From IMG/VR virus record IMGVR_UViG_3300042868_009047: DNA of 64,000 bases, one strand, 5' to 3'. Every line of letters starts with the position of its first letter. The stretch's first letter is position 1. Below, in pieces: positions 1 to 9,600 of the stretch. A model generated the notes under the pieces. The model had not been told where the DNA came from. It searched no databases and saw nothing but the letters and a program-made list of their open reading frames with translations. Origin of the DNA: a virus. Its lineage: Duplodnaviria > Caudoviricetes. The position numbers and the translations under genes were made by a program.

Positions 1-539
1 AAAGATGCGCTGATATCAACATAACCAGCAACAACTGGGTTAGATGTTGACCCACTGTAAGTAGCGGAAGCATAATCATAAACTTTTAAATCTGATAATC
101 TAAGTTTTTTCTTATTATTACCAAAAATAGCGTAGATGTCAACATTAATTGTATAACCTGTTGTACTAACCTCATAATTCTGGCCATCACCATTAAAGTT
201 AAAGTACATATCAAAACTTGTATAATAAACCTCACCCTTAACTAACATGTTGTTTTTCTTAAATTGTGTATAATCAACAGCAATGTTTCTTGTTGCTTTT
301 GAATTGTCACCAATAAAACCATTACCCATTGGCATATTATCATATATGGAAGTTTTATCAACCAAATTATAAGAACCATTTATAAATTCAAAATCAGATA
401 AATCATTTGATCTATAGGGGTGAAAATCGTAATCTTCTATCAAGGCGTTAACAACCCCATTAGTACTATATGACGTGTAATCATAAGGTGCTTTAAGATG
501 TATACCGTTTAAATTTTTAAGGTTGTATTGTCTAGCCAT
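1..539 (-). CDS. Hypothetical virion/baseplate-region protein, partial (runs off the window start)
   Basis: ATG at 539 overlaps the TAA of the upstream ORF (TAATG). The frame MARQYNLKNLNGIHLKAPYDY... stays open to position 1. Confidence 0.75.
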   Translation of the reverse strand, partial: MARQYNLKNLNGIHLKAPYDYTSYSTNGVVNALIEDYDFHPYRSNDLSDFEFINGSYNLVDKTSIYDNMPMGNGFIGDNSKATRNIAVDYTQFKKNNMLVKGEVYYTSFDMYFNFNGDGQNYEVSTTGYTINVDIYAIFGNNKKKLRLSDLKVYDYASATYSGSTSNPVVAGYVDISAS

Positions 540-919
540 TAGTCTTTATATGTCATTATTTTAATCGTTTCCGTTGAAAGGTCTGGATCGTATGCGATAT
601 AATTATTTTCAGCTCTTTGGTTAACACCCAAAAAACCATGAGTAAAATGTATGTTGTTATCAATAGAGCCTCTTTTAGAGTCCTGTACATAGACCTCACT
701 CGTGTTATTAACTTCTGTCGTATCATAAAATTTTATTGTTGGTATTGTCTGACCTGTTAAAACATGAGGATCCATACCACTCATTTGGTTGTAGTTTGAG
801 TTATCTATTAATGAAAAATATTTAACCTCATTCTGAAAACCGTTGTTTATGAATGTTTCTCTACCCTTGTCTGTAAGGTATATTTCAAAAGTATATTTAT
901 TTCTTTTTATGAATCCCAT
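539..919 (-). CDS. Hypothetical protein sharing a tail-collar-fibre-like N-terminal motif with the adjacent 911-aa protein
   Basis: 126-aa ORF coupled to neighbours on both sides. Motif YLTDKGR...YFSLID..NY parallels KLTNNGRR...YFGLGDGEMDY of 919..3654. Confidence 0.7.
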   Translation of the reverse strand: MGFIKRNKYTFEIYLTDKGRETFINNGFQNEVKYFSLIDNSNYNQMSGMDPHVLTGQTIPTIKFYDTTEVNNTSEVYVQDSKRGSIDNNIHFTHGFLGVNQRAENNYIAYDPDLSTETIKIMTYKD

Positions 920-3654
920 TAGAAATCGATTGTGGCTTGTATTACTACCATATCAGAATTATATTTTCTTGTTATTGGCTCTGAAAATTTACCAATTGCC
1001 ACTAATACACCATTAGTATCAAAAATACCTATTTGAGTAAACGCAACTTTATCCTGATCAGAATTAAATGTTGGGTTATCTGTTGATATGTATTGATTAG
1101 GTAACACGTTACAAGTTAATTGTGTTTTATATATTGTTGCTTTAATATCTGTCTCTACATTACCAAAGAAAAATACCTCATCACCAAAAGTAAAATCCGT
1201 TGACGAAATACCTGGTATGGTAATATAATCACTTAAATTATAAATATCGGTGTCACTATTGTCAAGCATAAACTGATCTATATTTACTCTAAGCGCTGAA
1301 ATAGTGTCTTTTGTTAAAACATTTGTTGATACCGTTTGTCCAGCACCTGAATTATCTAAATAGAACATTGTTATTTCACTACCTTCTGTTAATGATGGGA
1401 AATTTAATTCAACACGTCTGTCATCAATTGTTTCATTTGTAACAAATACACCATATGTTGTTGAATTTAACAACATACCTTTATAGAATAACCATACTGT
1501 TGAATTATTTGGTTGTTTGTCCAATTTAAGTGATACTCTATTAGGTGCTATCGCTGATTTATAAATTGCGTTAGCGTTTGTATTTGCGTTGATTGTAGCC
1601 AATGATGGTACCGTTATAACTTGTTTAATTGTTCTAGAAGTAATACTTGTACCAGTTAAATAGTAAATTTGTAAAAGATCTGGGTCAGCCCCATAACCTT
1701 GCCCAAAAACAATAACTCTTCTATTATTAGGTCCAACAGCGTATGTTGTTGGGTATGGATAATATGTACCGTCACTTAATGTGTCGTCTGATGCTTGCGT
1801 TTGGGTAATACCACCATATATTACGATTATTTCACCAACTGGTGTACTTCCTAACTCAAAAACATCAAAAGCGTTAACGTCAATTACCGTATGTGACCCT
1901 AATTTATCAGAATTATAGTCAATTATATCAGCATGTAACTCGAAATTAGTACCATTAAGGTTCATAACCCCAGTCACACAACCATTTGTACCCAAGAACT
2001 CACTTACATCGATATAAGCCCAGTTTGTTGGGTCTGGTTTTATAGCTGTTGTAGATTTTTGCCATAACATTAATATCTGGTTAGTTTTATAACCAATACC
2101 TGTTTCATCATCATAATCTCTTAAAAAAGGGAATTCAGTATAATTTGGGTCCTCTATTTTTTTATTAAACTGGAATAAAACGTCTTTAGCTGTTGTTGTC
2201 GTATTTTGTATCGTTGTGTAATCTTCACAGTGCATACCTGTTATACCAGCGCTATCAAGTAACATATAAGTTACATACAAATACTCACCTGATTGTAGGA
2301 TACCTGTTGTACTTGTATTACCACAAATTCCTGGTTCTGTTAGGTTTAACATAGGTTTTGGTAATGTCCAGTTTCTATTGGCTTTGTATGATAAAGCTGA
2401 TAATAATTCTGGGTGTTCAATAACAATAACTTTTTCATCGGTAAAAACTTTACCGACTACCGTTTTGTTAGTTTCCTGATCAACTAAATCATAATAAGGG
2501 TATTTAGATGTACCTAAACCAGCTTCGGTTGTTTCTATTAAATATTGTAATTCAGTGTCAGCAACAAATGTATAACCAATTGTTGTTGCAACGCCAGAAT
2601 CAAATTGTTGTTTATGCCACATTAAATACGGTATTTTAAGTTTAAACGTTGAACGATAAAAACCTTCCCCGTAAAAATTTGAAACCGTATTATTAGTATA
2701 ATGTATAACGCCAATTTTGGTGTTTGTATCATAATAACCAAAATTTATTGCAGTCCCTAAGTAATCTTTTGACACAACATCATATTTTGATTTGTCAACT
2801 GTAGAATCTAAACCAATAATATCCTCAATATTAATGATGTTCATGTTCCAAACTGGGACATCTAAAGCTGATTGGGTATTATTATTTGAGAAATCTAATA
2901 ACCCACCTTGCCAGTAAGCCATTGGGCTTTGTTCATCGTAGTAATCTTTGATTGTATCTTTACCTGGATAAATAAAAGCGTCAAGCTCGTAAGAATCAAA
3001 TGCTGGTAAATCACGATCAACAACAACCGTAATTGTTGTGCCACTGGTTAATCCCGTTAAATTATATGTGCTAGAGCCTTCAATTGTTTTTATAACATAC
3101 ATTAAATATTGAACTGGTTCCACTGTTATTTCATCAGATGGTACTTGAGTTGCTGTATAATTTGTTGTGTACCCACTTGTTTTAAATTTAACAAAAAGAT
3201 AGTCACCTTCTTTTATTGTTGTATCGTATGATGAATTTATTGTTCCACCACTATATGTTAAATCAAGTGATGTTGCACTCGCAGCTGTTGTACCAGTTAA
3301 TGGCCCTGCTAACCACAAATCAGAGTCAACTGTTATTGTTGAGCCAGTTGTATCGTAATTAAAAAAACCTCTTTCTATTGCCGATGTATAAATCTCATTT
3401 GGTATTGCGTTAACAATTGTTATTGGGTTTAAAACATTAATACCGTCAGATGTTAATGGTAAACTTAAACCTAACACATTATCAGATGGTCTTAAAATGT
3501 TAACATTTGGGAACGAGTCGTTGGAATAATCCATTTCACCGTCACCAAGACCAAAATATGTAAAATTTAAGGTCCCTTCAGCTAGATTTCTCCTACCGTT
3601 ATTGGTTAATTTAACGTTAACCAACGGATCGTTTTTCTTAATTATATAGCTCAT
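919..3654 (-). CDS. Baseplate/tail-collar-fibre-like structural protein (DUF3751-like N- and C-terminal motifs)
   Basis: N-terminal LTNNGRRNLA...FTYFGLGDG and C-terminal FTQIGIFDTNGVLVAIGKFSEP resemble the two conserved ends of phage tail-collar fibre domains; located in the baseplate cluster. Confidence 0.55.
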   Translation of the reverse strand: MSYIIKKNDPLVNVKLTNNGRRNLAEGTLNFTYFGLGDGEMDYSNDSFPNVNILRPSDNVLGLSLPLTSDGINVLNPITIVNAIPNEIYTSAIERGFFNYDTTGSTITVDSDLWLAGPLTGTTAASATSLDLTYSGGTINSSYDTTIKEGDYLFVKFKTSGYTTNYTATQVPSDEITVEPVQYLMYVIKTIEGSSTYNLTGLTSGTTITVVVDRDLPAFDSYELDAFIYPGKDTIKDYYDEQSPMAYWQGGLLDFSNNNTQSALDVPVWNMNIINIEDIIGLDSTVDKSKYDVVSKDYLGTAINFGYYDTNTKIGVIHYTNNTVSNFYGEGFYRSTFKLKIPYLMWHKQQFDSGVATTIGYTFVADTELQYLIETTEAGLGTSKYPYYDLVDQETNKTVVGKVFTDEKVIVIEHPELLSALSYKANRNWTLPKPMLNLTEPGICGNTSTTGILQSGEYLYVTYMLLDSAGITGMHCEDYTTIQNTTTTAKDVLFQFNKKIEDPNYTEFPFLRDYDDETGIGYKTNQILMLWQKSTTAIKPDPTNWAYIDVSEFLGTNGCVTGVMNLNGTNFELHADIIDYNSDKLGSHTVIDVNAFDVFELGSTPVGEIIVIYGGITQTQASDDTLSDGTYYPYPTTYAVGPNNRRVIVFGQGYGADPDLLQIYYLTGTSITSRTIKQVITVPSLATINANTNANAIYKSAIAPNRVSLKLDKQPNNSTVWLFYKGMLLNSTTYGVFVTNETIDDRRVELNFPSLTEGSEITMFYLDNSGAGQTVSTNVLTKDTISALRVNIDQFMLDNSDTDIYNLSDYITIPGISSTDFTFGDEVFFFGNVETDIKATIYKTQLTCNVLPNQYISTDNPTFNSDQDKVAFTQIGIFDTNGVLVAIGKFSEPITRKYNSDMVVIQATIDF

Positions 3655-3666
3655 TTTTTGTTTTTA

Positions 3667-3676
3667 TATAAATATC
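3667..3676 (-). promoter_or_regulatory. Recurrent GATATTTATA upstream motif (candidate phage late promoter)
   Basis: 12 nt upstream of the ATG at 3654; the same motif precedes about ten operon-leading genes. Confidence 0.55.
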
Positions 3677-3690
3677 GTTATTTTATAAAT

Positions 3691-6600
3691 TTATAAAGCT
3701 TTTGGTAATTTTATGTAATCTCTTGGATCAACCGTTTCAAGGGTTACAAGTGTTGCACCGTCAAAGTCAATTTTTACAACCCTACCTTCACTTATATCTT
3801 TTAATTTTATTGTTCTTGTTACTAATCTACCTACGTTTGTTTTTGTTGACGCAAAATATCCGTTTTCAATACCATTGTCGTTTGCATCAAATAATGTGTA
3901 ATTATCCATAAATCCTGATGCGTATCTAGTAAGATTTCTTGTTACGTCAGTTTTAATAGTAATTGTAACAAATTCACCATAATTAACAATAATATTTTCA
4001 TCAAAATATTTATTTTTAGTCAACACTTTATTAAACACTGTGGTACCAGCTGTGTTATTTTCAACAATAACAGTTACGTTTGATGCACCATTTTGGTTGA
4101 TGATTAACCTAACCTCTGGTTTAAATCCAGTTATTAACTCAGTATTTTCTGGTAAAGCTGGTGATGACATAACTCTAGGTTTTAATTGATCCAATTTGGT
4201 TAAATCAGCTTCAAATAAAGCACCGAATATTGTTTTTGCTGTGTGCCCACAAGGGTTTGTTATTGTTAAACCCCCAATAAACTCACCAGTTAATGGTAAA
4301 CCGCTGTCATCTTTTTCGTAATAATAATCCATGATTATGTCTGAACCAACCCTTCTAAACCCAGTTAAACCGTAATCTCTAACACTTCTAAGGTTTGTAT
4401 TCTTAGCATCAAAAAGTTTATTAACGCCAGTTAATAGTTTATTGTTTTTTGTTGCACCACTAAATGTCTGTTCTGTAAAACTTGGTTTTAGTCTTAAATT
4501 ACTATCAAAGAAATATAGATTATTTTTTGTTATTGTATTTACAGATTCAATTGTACCTTGATAAATTTTAACCCTACATCTATCTTTTTTAAATGTGAAT
4601 TTTTTAACTAACATAAAATCGCGCTCTTCCCAATTTGTTGATAAATGTGGTTCTGTCGCACCTGTAAATGTACCTATACCAGCAACTGTTCTATATAAAA
4701 CGTTTCTACTAACGGTATATTTTTTACTATGATAATTAGAACTACTATTATATGTTGTACCAGTGGCAATAAAATCTAATATCCCATTATCAGTTGCTGT
4801 TGTACCCACATTATAAAATAATGGTTGGATACCATATGGACGATTAATGTACATCCAAATTACTTGACCAACTGTTTGTGGATCTAAAAACCCACCTGAT
4901 GGTGTATAATTGTAACTATTCTGTATTAAATTGGTATCTTGTGTAGCACTAAAAGTCATTAAACTATTAGATGTACCAGTATAATTTAATGTTGATCCAG
5001 TTACTCTAAAATACGCGGTAATATCACTATTTTCGGTAATCCCATTTGTTTCACCAGGTAAGGTCGTATAGAACGAATCAGCAATCACAATATTTGTTGT
5101 CCCTGTTAGTGGTAGGTAATAACTATACCCAGCTGAGCTAGCCACGGTTGGTAATAAATTTTTAATTTTATAAACAGTTGGCCCGCTAAAATAAAGGGTT
5201 GAAATCGCAGTTACACCAGTGATATCTTTAAACCAGAATGGGCTGTTAGCGTTTGTGCCAGTGATTGGCATCTCATACCAAGCACCTGTACCACCCGTTG
5301 GTGATACTCCAACGGTGATGCCGCTTGGGGCGTACCAAAAACTATTTGTACCACCTGTATTTGGGTGGTAAACTATTTCACCGTAAAAATAATCATTAGT
5401 TGAATCCCAAGTTAATGGTTTATTGTAAATATATTCGTATAAATTATAATTAATTGTTGTACCAGTACCGCTAGCATAAACTTTAACAATATCACCTAAG
5501 TTTAATTTTTGTGTTGGTGATCCATCCAATAAAATTGGTTCTCTGTATCTATAAGGGGCAACGTTTGACTTTATTGCGTCAACTATAATTTGTTTATCAT
5601 AACCTATTGGTGTGAAGTTTTTTAGATTATAATTTTCTATCGGTATAAAACAAGTTCTAGCACCATTTGGTCTATAGATTGGGTGGATCTCAAATTTACT
5701 TGAGGCACCAGTTATCTTACATAAATGATCATCTGTTATATCTTCCACGCAAACATATAATCTATCAACATCAGTTGTTACTACTGTTGTACCCGTAGTG
5801 CTTTCAACAACCTTTCTGTAATCACTTAATTTAAGTTTAACAATATCATTAATAACGTAATTATTAATACTTGTACTAAAATATTGTACAGCAGATAAAA
5901 TATCTTGATATAGTTTTGTTTTATAAACGTCATTTTCTTTTTTCCAATACCCGTATGTTGTACCAGTAATTAGTTTATACCTTTTTTTAGATATTAAACT
6001 ATTAGCTAAATTACTGTTAAAATCTAAATGATTATAATCAATTAGACCATCATCATACCCCATAAAATCAATTGTTGTACCAGTTATTGCAACATCGTTT
6101 TTATGTAATTTTAAAAACGGGTAATCTGGTTTATTCAGACTAATTGTTCTAGGTTTTGGTGTTTTACCAATAAAAATATTTTTTGTTATACTGGTGTTTT
6201 CAACAGCTTGTGGTGTGTTACCTAGATAATTTTTACTCGATGAAATTGTGTATGTTTTTTCAGCACCAGCAAATGAATTATAAATTTGAAGATTGCTAGC
6301 ATAATATTGCGGTGTGTCATTTAATTCTTTACTTCTAACAGTTAATTCAAAATCAACATAATCATTATTAAATTTCTTCTCATAAGATGTTACATCACCA
6401 ATCTGCGAAGTGTTTTTATACTTTTCAAAATATTGACCATATAATAAACCAAAATTGTAGCCCTCATCGTACGATTGATTTATGTTTAATTTTGGTATAA
6501 ATTGGTGTGTATCCGTAAAATTTTCAATTTTTAATAAATAATTATCCACCGTATGGTCATCATTGTAACCAATTGGTTCTATTGATAAGGCATCATCAAA

Positions 6601-9600
6601 ATAAGCGTTGTTGATTAATGATCTACCCCCATTGAAATAAACCCTAAATCTAGGGTCATCTAATGAATCATATGTTGTACCATCAGCATAATCAACATCA
6701 ATTGTTTCATACCTAGATAATTTACATGGTTGTGTTACTGGTTCAATTGCTAAATAAACTTGTGTATCCGTAAAAAATACACCTTCGTGTGTAAAGTTAA
6801 CAACTCTAAGAGCACTTTCATCACCACCACTAAATGTAAATAATTGTTGGTATATAAGAGCCCCGAATTTATTAATTAATTTAATAATAACAGATTGCTG
6901 CGCAACAAGTTCTGACTCAAAGAATAAATCGATATCAAACTTAAAATACTTATTTCTTTTTATCAAATAAAAACCTTGACCTAAACTAATATTACTATTA
7001 ACAATATTAAAATTAGTATTAAGCGACTCAAAATCTACGTAATTATTTTTGTTTGGAACTAAATCTATTGATTCAACCAATGTTTGGGTACCAATTGGAT
7101 CGGCATCTGGTGTATAAAAAGGTCCAATTTTATCTTCATCCAATGAATAAAAACCGTCAAAGGATAGTGTATTTGAATCGGTAATATATAATTCGTCATT
7201 TAATAAATTATCAATAACTTTATAAGTTTCTTGATCTGTCGCCCCACTGTAAACTTGGTATAGATATAAAGATTTTGTTAAATTAAAAGATACTCTATCT
7301 AATAAAGGATTAACCAAAATCTTTTTAAGGTATGCAGAATTTATATGCATATACGGATCTGTTATTGTTCTATTCGTATAGTTTTGATATAAACCAGGAA
7401 CAATACTTGTTAACGTTGTACCAGATGGTGTACCAGTTACTGTATAACCTGTCACAGTGGCTCCAGTGACTAAATAATTAACCGATGATTTTGTAACAAC
7501 ATCACCAGCGTAATAAATAACCCCATTTGTCCAAGCATTTTGTTTTTGATATGGTATAACCCAATTAGATGCTGTTCCGTAAACAGCATTATCTGGTTCT
7601 GTTGTTCCAGTATATTTTGAATAGCCGTAATATTTAGATTGTTCAATTGTCAAATATTTACCAGATTCATCATAATAACTTGTAGCACCAGTCATTGATA
7701 TTGTGTTACCGCTAAAATTAAAATAACATGTATGTGGTTTTGGTATTGGGCATACAAAATCTACATCAGCCACTAAGTGAGCATGACCAAAAGATATCGC
7801 CTCAATATAATAGTTTCTTTCAGCTATTGATATTGGTGTTAGCGTACTGTCTTTAAATGTTAGCGTACTAGCGTCAACGTTTAATGGTATTAAATCGTAA
7901 ACATCAAACGAGTTTGGTATATTACTCACCAAACCAATACTTAGGTTAGTCACCGAAATGTTACTAGGGTTTAATAACGCATTCCAAATCGATATCTGAT
8001 TAGTCGTAAATGTTAAAGTGTCTGAGTATGTTACCGTACTACCAGATAGGCCGTTGATGCTGTCCAATTCAGTACCAGACACCAACCCATCATATATCAC
8101 TATAGTATCTTGGCCATAAATAGTAAATTCAACTAAATATTTACCTGGACCGTTAGGTAATGTTATTGTTTCTGTGTCAGGATTACCTAAACCTTGTTCC
8201 AAATATATAAAATTATCTGTATACGGGGTTGGGTCTGTGTTAATTGTATATCCAGAAACATGCATTTGATCAGTGTTTAATCTATAAAGATTATTATCAT
8301 ATGTAACATAAACGCCTTTTCTATCACCAGAACCAGTGTTTATATTGCCACCGTAAATAGCATCATCACCATAGTTTACATTTTTTTCCCATTTATATAT
8401 TTGAACCTCAGAAGCGCAAGCTTCTTCAATACCATAATAAAAACCAAAGTATTCACTAATTGTTGGGTCATAACCCAAGTAATTTTTACCCTTTAACCCT
8501 ACCAACGTAAATGTTGACGATTCACCAGCAATTGGTAATTTTTTAATACCAATCGGGCTGAAAGGATTTGTTAAGCCTTGATTAACCGTTTTTTTAGCTA
8601 AATCTTGAAACTCAGATCCGTCTGTACCTAACCAACTAAGACTATTATTTAAACCATGTTTATAGATAAATTTATTATCCATGAACTTGGAGTTCTGTAT
8701 TTTTTTACCAGCGTTTAATATTGTTGTTGCTGGTGTAAATTGTTGTACTAACTTAACCCAAGATGAATCAAAATAACTTAAGAACTCTAAATCTTTTGTA
8801 TTTGTCATTGGTGACGAAACACTGTTTAGATAATCATAATATATCTTGGTTAACGTTGGATACGTTTTAATTGTTTTTCTGTTATCTGGTTTGATGTAAT
8901 TATCAAGTGATTTTTGTAAAAACTGATTAAAAGTTAAATCACCACCATTTATTGTCGGTACAAAAGTGAACGTTAAATCACTATTAATATCAACAGCATT
9001 TCTGTTATAATATCTATAAACCGATAAATCAAATATTTTATCAGACGCTAAATAAACTTCTAGCTCTTTGGAGTTGATAACTAATTTAGAATGTGGTTCA
9101 TAGTATTCCGTGTATCCAACAGAATCTTCTGATAATCTTAAAACTTCTTCAGTACTATAAACCCATGATTTTACGTTATCAGTATATCTGTCAACTGTAA
9201 AAATACTTACGTTACCTCTTTTTTCAAACGCCTGGATATATTGCTTACCAAAATCATATGGACCAAAATTTCTACCATCATTTGTTGTTGTAAAACCACT
9301 TTCTTGGTATCTAACATCGTATGGCACCGTTGGGTATCCGTCTTTATCAAAAGGTAATAAAGTTAATAAAACCTCATCAGAATAATTACCACCATATATT
9401 TCAAATGACTTATCAGTATAATTAATTGGGTTTCTAGCCATGTAAACATGTTCATTAATCTCGAAAATAGAATCAGGTAAACCAACCAAATTTAAAATAA
9501 ATTCAATTGATTTTCTAGTACCTTTTGATTTCCAAAGATAATAAGCGTTTATAAAGATTCTTCTCCATAATTCGATGTCAATTTCAGCTGGGGTTAAACC

